Counted from the first letter of the stretch, positions 11,321 through 22,806 are shown. The stretch: DNA of 64,000 nucleotides from Planctomycetales bacterium (GCA_037441675.1 JBBIRS010000002.1:167249-231248); one strand, 5' to 3'. Notes: a model not told the origin generated them from the letters alone. Made by a program: numbers and translations.

Positions 11321-14300
11321 ATGAACATCGCTCAACTTTCTATTAGAAGACCGGTATTTGTCGTAATGTTGATGCTATTTATGGTCGTCTTCGGACTTGT
11401 CTCCTATCGGCGATTGGGAATGAATATGTTTCCGAAGGTCGTCTTCCCCTTTATTACGGTTACAACTCTCTATCCTGGTGCAAGCCCAGACGTTGTTGAG
11501 TCACAAGTCACTAAGATACTTGAGGACAGCATTGCGATTACAGAAGGAATAGACAGAATGTCATCCTACTCCATGGAAGGCGTGAGCTTGGTGTTTGTCG
11601 AATTCGAATCCGACAAGGACATTGATGCTGCGGCTCAAGATGTTCGGGATAGAGTCAGCCAAGTATTAGATGACCTGCCGGACGATGCTGAGGAGCCTGT
11701 AGTTGCGAAGTTTGACGTGAATGCAATGCCTATCCTTTACTTCACCGTATCATCCGAAACGATGGGGCAGAGGGAGCTACGAGACTTTGTTGATAAACGT
11801 ATCAAGAATGTAATTCAGCAGGCGCCCGGAGTTGCAGAGGTTACTACCTCGGGAGGGCTTGAGAGAGAGATACAGGTGATTCTCTCGCCATCAAAATTGG
11901 AAGCGTTCGGCATGAGCCCCGCAGTAATTGGTCAAATGCTTGCTCTTAGCAACGTAGACTTCCCAACAGGTTCTGTGAAAGAAGGAGGACTGGAGTACAT
12001 TCTGCGTGTTCCTAATGTGTTTACGAGTGTTGCTGATATTTCCGAGACTGCTGTCGCGTCAGTATACGGTAAGACAGTAAGGCTTAGGGATATTGCAACT
12101 GTAATAGATTCTCAAAAGGAGAGAAAAACAGATGCACGCCTTAACTCTAACAGCGCTATCCTCCTATCAGTTATTAAGCGAGGGGACGCGGACTTAGTTT
12201 CCACAACCAACAGCGTGAAGTCGCGCGTCGCGGAAATAACAAGGGAATTGCCAGCGGGGATAAGTATAAACCTTGTCATTGATTACTCAAAGTACGTTGT
12301 TGCATCCTTAGAAGATATAAATGTGAGTATTGTTCTCGGAGCTATCCTTGCAAGCTTGGTCGTTTGGCTCTTTGTAGGAAAGATGCGCTTTACCATTCCA
12401 ATAACTGTATCAATTCTTGTCGCGGTCATCGCGGATTACGCCGCTGTAAACTTCGCAGGTTTCACGCTCAACTTTATGAGTATGCTGGCGTTAGCGGTGG
12501 CGGTTGGCCTCATTGTGGACGATTCAATCGTTGTTCAAGAGAACATCTTAAAGGAGTTTGAATTAACCAACAATGCGGAAGAGGCAACTATTAAGGGAAG
12601 CTCTCAGGTGATGTTAGCGGTCATCGCTTCTACATCAACTATTATCGCTGTTTTTCTGCCGATTGCCTTTATGAGTGGGATCATCGGACAGTTCTTTAAG
12701 GAGTTTGGTATCACGATTTCCTTTGCTATTGGCATATCCACCATAGTAGCGCTAACCCTTATTCCACTTGCCTTTTACCAGGTTAGTACTCGCCCCTCTA
12801 TTGGAAAGAGAAGACCACTATGGGTAAAACCCATTGACTTTCTTTCAAGGGCTTTTGATGGTATTCACAAATCTTTTGTAAGAGGTTACTTAAACGTAGA
12901 AGAATTCTATACCAATATATTGAGAAGCGCATTGAAAAATCGCGCTAAAGTGGTGGCAGGCGGAGTGCTCTTCTTTCTTCTTTCTATTCCTCTTTTCATC
13001 ATATCGGAAGTAAGGTTTACGCCAGAGATGGACCGGGGACGTTTTCAGGTTTTCATAGAGCTCCCGGTGGAAGCACCACTAGAAAGAACTGACGAAATCG
13101 TGAGGCAGGTTGAACGTATCGTTGCTTCACTTCCAGAGGTTGACAAAGTGCTCTCAGTCATAGGCATGAGCTTCGGAGGGTTTATGGGCGGAAGGGAGCA
13201 GGGAAACATCGCTCAAGTTTTCGGCGTGCTTAAGGATAAAAGAGACCGTAAATTTCATTTGCGATGGTGGGGGATTGTCCCAGTTCTTTTCAAGTACACC
13301 GATATGGACATTGTGGAAAAGGCGAGAGAGAAGATTAGGAGTATACCTGGTGCGAAAATTTCTGTAAGTACTGAACAGATGGGTGGTAGAGCGCATCCAG
13401 TTGAGCTAGTATTTTCTGACCCGGATTATCAAAGACTCAGGCGTGTCACCAAGAAGGCACAGGAGATACTTTCCAGCATTAAAGGAGCAATAAACGTTGA
13501 TAACACCGAACGACCTGGCAAGCTTCAACTAACCATCAAACCTAAAATTGAGAGAATGATTCAGTTAGGCATTACACCAGCGGAATTAGGTCAGTACTTG
13601 CGCATTTTGTATGAGGGAATAAGTTTTAGCAAGTACAGAGAGGGTGGAGAGGAGTATGATATTACACTCTTATATCCTGAAAACGAAAGAAGAAACCTAC
13701 AATCGGTTAGGTCTATCAAAATCATTTCACCACGCCTGAATCAACCTATCTCTCTAGAAACAATCGCGGACATAAATCTCTCTCAAGGTCCTTCTCTAAT
13801 CCAACACTCTGACAGGGTGCGGTCAATTAACGTTTACGCAGATGTCGCTAAAGGCGTAGGAACTGGAACCGTTCTTGCAAAGTGGAAAGCTGAGATGAAA
13901 GAGCAAGGCGTCATCCCCTCAACAACCAAAGTGACCCCTATTGGAGAATCGGACTTGATACAAGAGATGTTTGAACAGTTTTTACTAGCGTTAATTCTTG
14001 GAGTAATCTTTAGTTATATGGTCTTGGCAAGTCAATTTAACTCTTACAAGCATCCATTAGTCATAATGATGAGCGTGCCACTTGCCACAACAGGCTCTCT
14101 CCTTTTCATCGTATCTCTTGGAAAGAGCTTTAATTTAATGAGTTTCCTTGGCATTGTGATGCTTACCGGGCTAGTAACTAAAAACTCCATACTACTTATT
14201 GATTTTGCCAATCAGGCGAGGGTTATGGGACAAAGCATTGAGGATGCGCTTGTGTCCGCTGGCAGACGAAGAATGCGACCTATCCTAATGACTAGCTTTA

Positions 14301-14512
14301 CCACCATCTTTGCTCTTCTACCCGTGGCGTTTGGGCTTGGTGAGGGCGCAGACTTCCGAAGCCCGCTTGCGGTCGCTGTGATAGGCGGAATGGTTTTCTC
14401 TACTTTATTAACACTCATTATCATCCCAGTCGTTTATGTGATTGTTGAAAACTTTAGCCTTGCTAGAATAAGAATACCTAAAAGTATAAATTCAAGCCAC
14501 GCAGAAGTGTAG
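11321..14512 (+). CDS. RND efflux permease (AcrB/AcrD/AcrF family)
   Basis: SIRRPV, YPGASP, VGLIVDDSIVV, GLVTKNSILLID, RMRPILMTS. Confidence 0.95.
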   Translation: MNIAQLSIRRPVFVVMLMLFMVVFGLVSYRRLGMNMFPKVVFPFITVTTLYPGASPDVVESQVTKILEDSIAITEGIDRMSSYSMEGVSLVFVEFESDKDIDAAAQDVRDRVSQVLDDLPDDAEEPVVAKFDVNAMPILYFTVSSETMGQRELRDFVDKRIKNVIQQAPGVAEVTTSGGLEREIQVILSPSKLEAFGMSPAVIGQMLALSNVDFPTGSVKEGGLEYILRVPNVFTSVADISETAVASVYGKTVRLRDIATVIDSQKERKTDARLNSNSAILLSVIKRGDADLVSTTNSVKSRVAEITRELPAGISINLVIDYSKYVVASLEDINVSIVLGAILASLVVWLFVGKMRFTIPITVSILVAVIADYAAVNFAGFTLNFMSMLALAVAVGLIVDDSIVVQENILKEFELTNNAEEATIKGSSQVMLAVIASTSTIIAVFLPIAFMSGIIGQFFKEFGITISFAIGISTIVALTLIPLAFYQVSTRPSIGKRRPLWVKPIDFLSRAFDGIHKSFVRGYLNVEEFYTNILRSALKNRAKVVAGGVLFFLLSIPLFIISEVRFTPEMDRGRFQVFIELPVEAPLERTDEIVRQVERIVASLPEVDKVLSVIGMSFGGFMGGREQGNIAQVFGVLKDKRDRKFHLRWWGIVPVLFKYTDMDIVEKAREKIRSIPGAKISVSTEQMGGRAHPVELVFSDPDYQRLRRVTKKAQEILSSIKGAINVDNTERPGKLQLTIKPKIERMIQLGITPAELGQYLRILYEGISFSKYREGGEEYDITLLYPENERRNLQSVRSIKIISPRLNQPISLETIADINLSQGPSLIQHSDRVRSINVYADVAKGVGTGTVLAKWKAEMKEQGVIPSTTKVTPIGESDLIQEMFEQFLLALILGVIFSYMVLASQFNSYKHPLVIMMSVPLATTGSLLFIVSLGKSFNLMSFLGIVMLTGLVTKNSILLIDFANQARVMGQSIEDALVSAGRRRMRPILMTSFTTIFALLPVAFGLGEGADFRSPLAVAVIGGMVFSTLLTLIIIPVVYVIVENFSLARIRIPKSINSSHAEV

Positions 14513-14546
14513 AATAGGAATAGCTATTAGCGTTAAACCTCTTTCA

Positions 14547-16229
14547 ATGAATGAACTTCTAAAGCTTTATAGGGATATCGCGGATTCAAGAATTCTGCAA
14601 GACGTTCCTTCTCACCTTTTTTTTAGAGAGCTTAAGATAGCTGAACTCACTCTGAACCTAGCATCCGCACTTGGATTTTCCGCTACAAGCCTTAAGCGGA
14701 TTAGAGACCTGATACCTTTTGTCCCGCTGCTTTTTCTGCCTGAAATGCAATTGGGAAGAAAACTGGGAAGCGCTGTCAAGGAAAGAGTGTTTGATATGCG
14801 ACTTGGGAAGAACATTGTTAAGGAGAAGGAGCGAAAATGTTGGGAGGAAATTCTTAATCTTTGCGAGAGCATATATTCCACGAAGGAGGAACTTCTTCTG
14901 CCTTATCCAAGCGTGCAGGTGTTAATAGAGCAGAATTCGGTGAAATTGATAATCCCTGAGGAGGAAATAGCTATTCCTAGCCTGAAGCCTCCGCTGGCAG
15001 AAAGGATAACCGTCCTAAGTACCGGGAAATACTTGGAGAGGTTTACTCCTGACAAGCGCTATCTTCTTCTTTCCCATCACGACCCTCACGGCTTTGGGAT
15101 GATGATTTCCACTTATCTTACTCTCAAATCACTTGGGGTGACCGACGTTTCTTTTCTTACGGGCTATCAAGAAACTGGAGATTACGGTAAGTTCTGGAAA
15201 CGAACATTTCCTAGGCTAGTTAGTGAGGGGAAATATGCTGAAATAGTTCTACTAGATTTGACTGTATATGCCCCGCATCCAGAACGAACACTTAACGCAC
15301 TTTCCATCGCGGTAAGAAACGGAGTGGGTGTCACGCTTATTGACCATCATCAGGATACCTCTATTTGTGCCCGAGCTCTTTCTCAAACGGGAGCAAACGT
15401 TGTTCTTACGGATATCCCGAGTTGCTTTCTTGGTGGAAGGATTACGGAAAAGAACCTTCCCTACGTGTTGCTTGGAGCACTTGGGGACAAAGACGTGACC
15501 ATTCGCCATCCCTTGGCGTGGAACAAAACTCTCCCGGATATATGCATTGAAACAACTCAAGTCCTGGAAAAATTATCAGATATTATGCTGACATTATCAC
15601 CACCCCCAAAGGAATTCAGGAAGCTCAACCTATTCCCGGCTGAAGAGTTGGTCTCAAAGGCAGAACTTGGCTTTTTGGCATTTTCTAAAGCCATTGAAGA
15701 AATTGTTTCTTGGGGAATCCCCGTTTATAAGAAAGACGTGTGCAGTTTTGATCCCAAAGTTCAAATCCAGGATAATGTTTTTTACTCTGCGCATTTAGAA
15801 AGCTACCTAATTGGTAAAGTTCTAATCGTCAATCAAGCGCTAAGGACAACTGGAAGGAGATGGTACGACATACTAGAAAACGAACTTTTCAAGAATGAAA
15901 CAGCTCTTTACGCCATTTCTGGTCGCTATTTAACTGGTTTGGGATTTAACTTCCTTTGCGTAAAGAAATGGTCCGTGCTTATCGCGCCTCCGCCAATTTG
16001 CTTTCTTACCCAGAGGTTGCGAAAAGGAGGAAAAGGAGTTATAGGCCATCATAATGCCTTTTGGATAACAGTAAGTGAAGAGCACGTGATAAGTGAGCTA
16101 AAAAAATTCATATCAAACATTAATCGTTACTTCGGATTATCCTCCCGTGGTGTTGTTCAGACTCTCGTTAATCTGATTAGAAGACTTTTGAATGATAAAA
16201 AGGCTAGAGACGCAGATTTAGACACTTAA
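14547..16229 (+). CDS. Divergent DHH-family phosphoesterase-like protein
   Basis: Motifs in DHH order: LLSHHDPHG, IVLLD, LIDHH, GALGDKD, C-terminal IGHHNA. Confidence 0.5.
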   Translation: MNELLKLYRDIADSRILQDVPSHLFFRELKIAELTLNLASALGFSATSLKRIRDLIPFVPLLFLPEMQLGRKLGSAVKERVFDMRLGKNIVKEKERKCWEEILNLCESIYSTKEELLLPYPSVQVLIEQNSVKLIIPEEEIAIPSLKPPLAERITVLSTGKYLERFTPDKRYLLLSHHDPHGFGMMISTYLTLKSLGVTDVSFLTGYQETGDYGKFWKRTFPRLVSEGKYAEIVLLDLTVYAPHPERTLNALSIAVRNGVGVTLIDHHQDTSICARALSQTGANVVLTDIPSCFLGGRITEKNLPYVLLGALGDKDVTIRHPLAWNKTLPDICIETTQVLEKLSDIMLTLSPPPKEFRKLNLFPAEELVSKAELGFLAFSKAIEEIVSWGIPVYKKDVCSFDPKVQIQDNVFYSAHLESYLIGKVLIVNQALRTTGRRWYDILENELFKNETALYAISGRYLTGLGFNFLCVKKWSVLIAPPPICFLTQRLRKGGKGVIGHHNAFWITVSEEHVISELKKFISNINRYFGLSSRGVVQTLVNLIRRLLNDKKARDADLDT

Positions 16230-16376
16230 ATCATATAAATCTTCAACCAGATAAATCTAAGAACATCCAAGCAAAGAAGAGTCAAGCAGATAAACTTTGT
16301 ATTGAACAGCTTTAAGATTGCCTTAATCTATACTGATATACATTCAATACATTCAAAATAATTTGGAGGTTCAAAG

Positions 16377-17762
16377 ATGAAGCTAGCAATTGAAACAATC
16401 CAAGGAAGTGTCATCTACCCATTCTTGGCATCTTTAGTTCTCTTTGGCGTCGCAAGTTTCGCATCTGCAAGAGAGATAGGAACGGTCAAGGACGTATCCC
16501 TAACCGTTTACAATCAAGACCTGGCGCTTGTTCGTGAGATTCGCGGGTTTGATTTTACTCAGGGATTGAATTTCTTAACGCTTACTGGCGTTGCCAGCAG
16601 GATTGACCCCACAAGCGTCCATTTCAAGCTACTTTCAGATTACACATTCTCCCTTCTGGAGCAGAATTATGACTATGACCTCGTTGGAACAAATAAGCTT
16701 TTGCAGAAGTACATAGGAAAACGCATCGCACTTGTTGACCCGAAAGATGGCACGCGTAAAGATGTGACGCTACTTTCAGTTTCGGATGGAATAGTCGTTG
16801 ACTATGCGGGGAAGATTCTTATCAATCCGCCTGGAAATATTGAGCTTCCTGAACTTACTGAAGGCTTACTTCTAAAGCCAACGCTGGAATGGCAGGTTCT
16901 TACCGAGAAAGCATTCTCTTCAGATGGCGAGCTTTCCTATCTCACGAGCGGTCTCTCGTGGATCGCAGATTACGTAGCTCTTCTTGAGGATGACGAGAAA
17001 ACCGCTGAAATGGAGGGTTGGGTTACGCTCACGAATAACTCTGGCGCTACTTACGAGAATGCCAAGCTCAAGCTAATCGCTGGAGATATTCACCGAGCGC
17101 CAGCTCCAAGAGCAGTGGAAATGGCTCAGCTCCGCAAAACTATGGCGGAGGCGGATATGGGTTTCAAGGAGGAGGCTTTCTTTGAGTATCACCTTTACAA
17201 CCTTCAGCGCAGAACTACCATCAAGAACGCTCAGACGAAGCAGGTATCGCTACTCACTGCTAGCGGAATACCGATAAACAAAATTTACACTTACGACCCT
17301 GCCTGGCGAAGCGAGAAGATTGAAGTGCGAGTTGAATTCAAGAACAGCGAAGGCAATCATCTAGGAATGCCACTACCCGCGGGACGAGTGCGGGTTTTTA
17401 AGCGCGATAGCGAAGGCATACCTCAACTCGTAGGCGAGGATTCCATTGACCACACTCCGAAGGATGAGATGGTGCGCCTCCTTCTTGGGTATGCCTTTGA
17501 CGTGAAGGGTGAGAAGAAACAGGTTAGTTACACCGACAAACAGAAGGGTTATACCGCAAGTTATGAAGTCTCCCTACGAAATCACAAGAAGGAAGCGGTT
17601 ACGATACTAGTGTTGGAGCATCTGCCATATGCAAACTGGAAGGTGGTTGAGGCAAGCCACGATTATAAAAAGCTTGATGCGCGGACGATTGAATTTACAG
17701 TTAAGGTACCCGCGGATGGTGAGGTGAAACTTAGCTATACAATTGACGCTTGGTGGGAGTAA
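16377..17762 (+). CDS. DUF4139-domain secreted protein
   Basis: Signal peptide; LTVYNQDLALVRE, LLEQNYDYDL, SYLTSGLSW.ADY, FEYHLY, LGMPLPAGRVRV, GEDSIDHTP. Confidence 0.85.
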   Translation: MKLAIETIQGSVIYPFLASLVLFGVASFASAREIGTVKDVSLTVYNQDLALVREIRGFDFTQGLNFLTLTGVASRIDPTSVHFKLLSDYTFSLLEQNYDYDLVGTNKLLQKYIGKRIALVDPKDGTRKDVTLLSVSDGIVVDYAGKILINPPGNIELPELTEGLLLKPTLEWQVLTEKAFSSDGELSYLTSGLSWIADYVALLEDDEKTAEMEGWVTLTNNSGATYENAKLKLIAGDIHRAPAPRAVEMAQLRKTMAEADMGFKEEAFFEYHLYNLQRRTTIKNAQTKQVSLLTASGIPINKIYTYDPAWRSEKIEVRVEFKNSEGNHLGMPLPAGRVRVFKRDSEGIPQLVGEDSIDHTPKDEMVRLLLGYAFDVKGEKKQVSYTDKQKGYTASYEVSLRNHKKEAVTILVLEHLPYANWKVVEASHDYKKLDARTIEFTVKVPADGEVKLSYTIDAWWE

Positions 17763-17883
17763 TCTTTCGGTGCAGTCGGTGCATATCATTCTGAAGGCAT
17801 CACACTGAAGAGGTGCTTGCTTGCAATTGCGAGATTTCCTAAAATTCTGGAACACGCCCGTCTCGGGCGTGTCCTCACCCACC

Positions 17884-17941
17884 CTGTAGGGCGGGGACGC
17901 ACCCTGCCGAATACGGCGTCATATGAGTTGATGCCCTAGAG
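17884..17941 (+). repeat. REP/REPIN-like double-hairpin element (GTAG type)
   Basis: CTGTAGGGCGGGG..CCCTGCCG..GGCGTCATATGAGTTGATGCCCTAGA; related copies at 36065 and 49672 (reverse). Confidence 0.7.
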
Positions 17942-18044
17942 AGAAATTCTGTCGCAATTCAGAATGGTGCCCCGCGGTGGCGGGCAAGCCACTAGATGAC
18001 AATTCTTCCGCCCGTGTAGATTTGCCTGTCCCAAAAAACAAAAA

Positions 18045-18162
<118 letters not shown>

Positions 18163-18168
18163 AATAGT

Positions 18169-18198
18169 ATTATATATTCCTTCGAGTTTGGAAGTCAA
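18169..18198 (-). promoter_or_regulatory. Sigma70 promoter of the 5S rRNA gene
   Basis: TTGACT (18198-93), 18 nt, TATAAT (18174-69), 6 nt, first G of 5S. Confidence 0.8.
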
Positions 18199-18411
18199 GA
18201 GCGTTGGGAACGATGATTTAACGTTCCTTGCAAAACGCTCTGCATTTAGTTAACTTAGTTGATTGTTAAGCATTGTTTAGTAGTTTGACGCGGGTATTGG
18301 TAAAATTCGGAGAATAATTTATACTATGAACTTGCATGATGATACTCAGTCGCAAATTTCTTTTAGCGGGTACTATACTATATAAAATTAGATAGGGACG
18401 GGAAAAAGATT

Positions 18412-19836
18412 ATGAAGGAAGGATTTTTAATAACGCTTCAAAAAGAAGGGAAGATGAGGCTCTCACCACGCATATATCATCATCCGCACTTAAAACTAGA
18501 AACCGAATCTGTCCAGCAGTTGAAAAATGCTTCTATGCTTCCCGGGGTTATCGATGTTTTTGCAACACCGGACATTCACGTCGGTTACGGTGTTCCAATA
18601 GGATGCGTTATTGCAGCGACGGATATAGTATGCCCTGCGGCGGTTGGTTATGATGTTAACTGCGGAATGAGACTCTTGAAAACTCCTCTGCTGGCTAAGG
18701 ACGTGGACGCTAAGCGAATTGCCAATGAAATTGCTAAGAAAATTCCTCTTGGCGAAGGCAAAGAAAACTTCCAATTGAGCAAAGAACAGTTCAAGAGGTT
18801 AATCGCTGAGGGGGTTCCGGGGCTCGCGGAAATACAAATTCCCGCGCTAAAAAATGCCCTCAAGAATGATGTAAGTTTGGTGGACGAGCTTGATCACATT
18901 GAGGACAGTGGAAGCCTGCCTGCTGACCCCGATAAGGCGAGCGACACCGCAATTGAACGCGGAAGAAAACAGATTGCCACCCTTGGAGGAGGCAATCATT
19001 TTATTGAGCTACAGATTGTGGAGAGAATAATTGACGAGACGACCGCTAAGCATTTTGGGCTTTTCAAGGACCAATCTGTAATTATGATTCACAGCGGAAG
19101 TAGAGGACTTGGACATCAAATTGGTGATGATTATATGAGGCTTGGCAGAAATATGGCTGAAAAGGACGGAAGATTTCTGCCCAATAGAGAACTGCCTTAT
19201 TTTTTCCTTCACGAAAAACCAGCAAAGGATTATCTAGACGCAATGAACGCGGCGGCGAATTTTGCCTTCATCAATCGCCATTTGATGGGCGTTCTAGTTA
19301 AGGATGCGTTTCTCACGCTCTATCCGGGCATTAAGATAACTACTCTTTACGACCTGGCACACAATATTGCAAAGTTTGAGGAACACAAGGGAAGAAGGGT
19401 TTTGGTTCATAGAAAAGGTGCAGCAAGAGCCTTTTCCGCTAAGAGGATGAAAGGAACTCCATTTGCGTGTGTTGGTCAACCTGTCCTGGTGCCTGGCAGT
19501 ATGGGAAGCGCAAGTTATGTTATGGTTGGAACTGAAGCTAATGAGGATACCTATGCCACCATAAACCACGGGGCAGGAAGGCAAATGTCCAGGGTTGCTG
19601 CCTCGGGCAGAACTAGACGTGGAAAAGAGTTAAAAGGCAGAGAATCTCTCATCTCTGACGAGGAATTTTGGGAATCAATGAAGGGAATCCATTTGATAGC
19701 TGAAAATATTAAGACTGCAAAGGAAGAAGCGCCGCAGGCTTACAAGGACATCGACCTTATAACTGAAGCAATTCTTGAGGCGGGATTGGCGAAGGCGGTT
19801 GCTAGGCTAAAGCCTCTAGCGGTCCTTAAGGGTTAG
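18412..19836 (+). CDS. rtcB: RNA ligase RtcB
   Basis: PDIHVGYGVPIG, VGYDVNCG, LGGGNHFIE, IHSGSRG, HRKGA, PGSMG, HGAGR, EEAPQAYKD, terminal PLAVLKG. Alternative start 18454. Confidence 0.96.
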   Translation: MKEGFLITLQKEGKMRLSPRIYHHPHLKLETESVQQLKNASMLPGVIDVFATPDIHVGYGVPIGCVIAATDIVCPAAVGYDVNCGMRLLKTPLLAKDVDAKRIANEIAKKIPLGEGKENFQLSKEQFKRLIAEGVPGLAEIQIPALKNALKNDVSLVDELDHIEDSGSLPADPDKASDTAIERGRKQIATLGGGNHFIELQIVERIIDETTAKHFGLFKDQSVIMIHSGSRGLGHQIGDDYMRLGRNMAEKDGRFLPNRELPYFFLHEKPAKDYLDAMNAAANFAFINRHLMGVLVKDAFLTLYPGIKITTLYDLAHNIAKFEEHKGRRVLVHRKGAARAFSAKRMKGTPFACVGQPVLVPGSMGSASYVMVGTEANEDTYATINHGAGRQMSRVAASGRTRRGKELKGRESLISDEEFWESMKGIHLIAENIKTAKEEAPQAYKDIDLITEAILEAGLAKAVARLKPLAVLKG

Positions 19837-19999
19837 CTTTACTCTAAAGTTTTAGCCTAAGTATTTTTACACGCACTTTTACAGCTATTAGCAAATTTTA
19901 TAACTGTCAGAGGAATCTTTAAGATTGCTGTTTCTCTCTCTGAGCCGTAATTCATTTCAGAGGTATAATTTCTGGGGAACGTTTTGAAGGGAGTAAAAA

Positions 20000-22624
20000 A
20001 TGTTTAATTGGAATCATACGTTCAAATTATTGATAATTTCTCTCTTTCTTCTAATAATAATTTCCTGTAGTAGCAAAGATGCTTCTTTTGAGCATAAGAT
20101 AAGTGGTGAGGCGAAAGGCATTGCCAATGAAGTATCTTTATCTCAGATACTTAACGAAATTGAGCAGGAGCACGTGCCACCAAATGTTGATGCAGGAATC
20201 GTAGGTGACTTGAAGAGGGAACTAATCAAGGAGCTAACAGTTCTAGGCAAGAACAGGTTCGTTCTTAAGCCGGTGGACAACCCTAAGAGCGCTGTTTCAG
20301 ATTTAAGGCTATTCATTGAGCTTGATGGTAGAGCACACTTTGAATGGACTTACGCGAATCTGGGCGACTACAACCAGGACGGCGCAGTTGATATCAGAGA
20401 TGTCTCGCCTCTTGCGTCTCACTTTAGGGAAAAAGTATCGGACAGCCCAACACCAGAGCTGACCGCCTGGATTGATGGTGATGATAATGGCGAGGTAAAT
20501 ATTTCCGACGTTGGGATAATTGCTAAGAACTTTTTTGCAGAAGTATCATCTTACGTTCTTGAAGGAAGCGAGTTTGAAGATAGAGGTTTCCAGCCCATTG
20601 AAGGTTTAGAAATTTCTCTAAACGATGCTACGGTTGAACCCGGGGCTGTTAAGCGGTTTAGTTTGGAAGTCCCGTCTCTGGACTTTGGCTATTATCGCGT
20701 TGTGCCGCAGGATAGCCTGGGAAGAGATGGACTTCCAAGTAATGTAGTCCCATCTATCGCTGAAGCTCCTCTTATTGAAAGTGTATCACCATTAGGCGGA
20801 TTGACTGGAGAACTTGTCACATTTTCCGCTGTGGTCACCGGGACAGAACCAATCATTTATAATTGGGATTTTGGAGGAGGGGCGGAGCCGAATACTTCTG
20901 AGGAAGCCAATCCAACTGTTACCTTGAGCGCGCCCGGCACTTATGATACCGCACAACTAACTGTGAGAAACATTGCTGGTGAAGACACATTTAATTTTAC
21001 AATTATCGTCGGTGATTTGGGCGGGCCACCCGTCATCCAACAAATTATCGTTCCAAGTGGACAAGTTGGTGACTCGGTTCAATTTAGCGCAGTAGTTGCT
21101 TCCGACCCGCCGATTATTTCCTACACTTGGACATTTAGTGGCGGAGTTGATGTAACTTCCTCCTCTGAAGCTTCTCCCACGGTGACATTCACTGAGGCAG
21201 GCAATTTTTCTGGAAATCTACTCGTTGACAACGGTAAAGGTACAGACACTAGGGATTTTAACTTCACGGTTAATGAATCGCCTCCACCACCTTCTGGACC
21301 GGATGTGGTTTCAGTTTCGCCATTGCAAGGATTTGAGCTTACCAAGTTGCTGTTTACCGCGGAGGTCACTTCCAGTGGAACCCTTACTTACGATTGGGAT
21401 TTTGGTGACCTAGGATACCCGCAAAATTCAACTGAGCCATCCCCAACCGTATTACTAGGTACATCGGGACCCCACCAATGCAGTTTAACGGTTACCGATG
21501 AGTACGGTAGCGATTCTCTTGACTTTACTGTAACTGTTGATCGTGCTAACTGGACGATAGTTAATATCGCTAGAGGAGGACCGTACCTTGACTTGGAAAT
21601 CGTTAATGGCAGACCAGCGGTAGCTTTTCAACTACTTGAAGGTGGTATGTCAGATCAAAAATCATACGCCGCCTATGCCATTAGCTCAACGCCTGATGGA
21701 ACTGGCACATGGACAATGGGAAAGATAGACACACAAAATATTTCTGGTTCATACATTTCACTAGCGGTTGCAGATAGTAGACCTGCGGTTTCCTATCAAG
21801 CGTCCACGGAAACATTTTCAGGTTTAAGATACGCTATTAGTCCAACTAGCGATGGACTGGGCGGAAGCTGGACAATAAGCACGGTTGTTTCTGGTTCATC
21901 CGTTGGATATTACAATTCCTTAGCGGTTGTAGATGGCAGACCTCGCATCGGCTATTACGACATGTCGAATACGCTGATTATGTTTGCAAGTAACGATCAA
22001 GTTGATGGACTTGGAACTTGGTCATTCTTCACAATCCAGGACACCTCAGGCGCGGATATATGCTTAGCGGAGATATCCGGCAGACCCGCTATGACCTATC
22101 TTCGTAGGACATCTCCCCCAATTAGGAACCTGCTTCAATACGCGATAGCAGATAGTTCGGTAGGTGATAGATGGTCTTTGAGAAGAACCATTGACAACGG
22201 AGGTGGAGTTAATGATGTTGGCGCTACATCTTTTCTCACCACTATTTTTGATAAACCCGCGGTTAGCTACTTTGACATGACTAATAGAGACCTGCTATTT
22301 GCAATTTCCGATGATAGAGTAGGCTCAGGAACATGGAGTATCTCCACTGTTCACAGCCAAGGAGATGTAGGTGGAAACTCCTCGTTAGCATCTGTAAACG
22401 GTTATCCAATGATTAGCTATACCAATATTAGTGGGAACAACTCTTTATGGCTAGCTATGTGCTCTGAACCTGATGGAAGTGGTGGATGGGCATATGCCCC
22501 CGTGGATACCCGACAAGATTCTGCTGGTGGAAATACAGTGATAGTTGATATAGGTGGCAGGCCGGGTATCGCATACAGCCCCACCGGCGACGGACAGGTT
22601 AGATTCGCTTTAAGGGATTATTGA
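20000..22624 (+). CDS. Surface lipoprotein: dockerin-like/Fn3 module, 3 PKD domains, beta-propeller-like repeats
   Basis: Lipobox IIISC; WTYANLGDYNQDGAVDIRDVSPLA..IDGDDNGEVNISDV; YNWDFG / YTWTFS / YDWDFG; repeated SLAVVDGRP.I.Y. Confidence 0.85.
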   Translation: MFNWNHTFKLLIISLFLLIIISCSSKDASFEHKISGEAKGIANEVSLSQILNEIEQEHVPPNVDAGIVGDLKRELIKELTVLGKNRFVLKPVDNPKSAVSDLRLFIELDGRAHFEWTYANLGDYNQDGAVDIRDVSPLASHFREKVSDSPTPELTAWIDGDDNGEVNISDVGIIAKNFFAEVSSYVLEGSEFEDRGFQPIEGLEISLNDATVEPGAVKRFSLEVPSLDFGYYRVVPQDSLGRDGLPSNVVPSIAEAPLIESVSPLGGLTGELVTFSAVVTGTEPIIYNWDFGGGAEPNTSEEANPTVTLSAPGTYDTAQLTVRNIAGEDTFNFTIIVGDLGGPPVIQQIIVPSGQVGDSVQFSAVVASDPPIISYTWTFSGGVDVTSSSEASPTVTFTEAGNFSGNLLVDNGKGTDTRDFNFTVNESPPPPSGPDVVSVSPLQGFELTKLLFTAEVTSSGTLTYDWDFGDLGYPQNSTEPSPTVLLGTSGPHQCSLTVTDEYGSDSLDFTVTVDRANWTIVNIARGGPYLDLEIVNGRPAVAFQLLEGGMSDQKSYAAYAISSTPDGTGTWTMGKIDTQNISGSYISLAVADSRPAVSYQASTETFSGLRYAISPTSDGLGGSWTISTVVSGSSVGYYNSLAVVDGRPRIGYYDMSNTLIMFASNDQVDGLGTWSFFTIQDTSGADICLAEISGRPAMTYLRRTSPPIRNLLQYAIADSSVGDRWSLRRTIDNGGGVNDVGATSFLTTIFDKPAVSYFDMTNRDLLFAISDDRVGSGTWSISTVHSQGDVGGNSSLASVNGYPMISYTNISGNNSLWLAMCSEPDGSGGWAYAPVDTRQDSAGGNTVIVDIGGRPGIAYSPTGDGQVRFALRDY

Positions 22625-22806
22625 GATTTAATTTTTTGATTCTCCGCTACACTTCGCGAGAAGCTTCTGCTAGGCATTTTTGCTTGGTCATTAAAAATAT
22701 TCGTTTTAATTTATGTTACACTTTTCACTAGATGAATAACTCCTTAAGCACTAAACTTAAATAAGAGCTTTGACGTATCTTGTAAAATTATACTTTAGTA
22801 AAAAAT

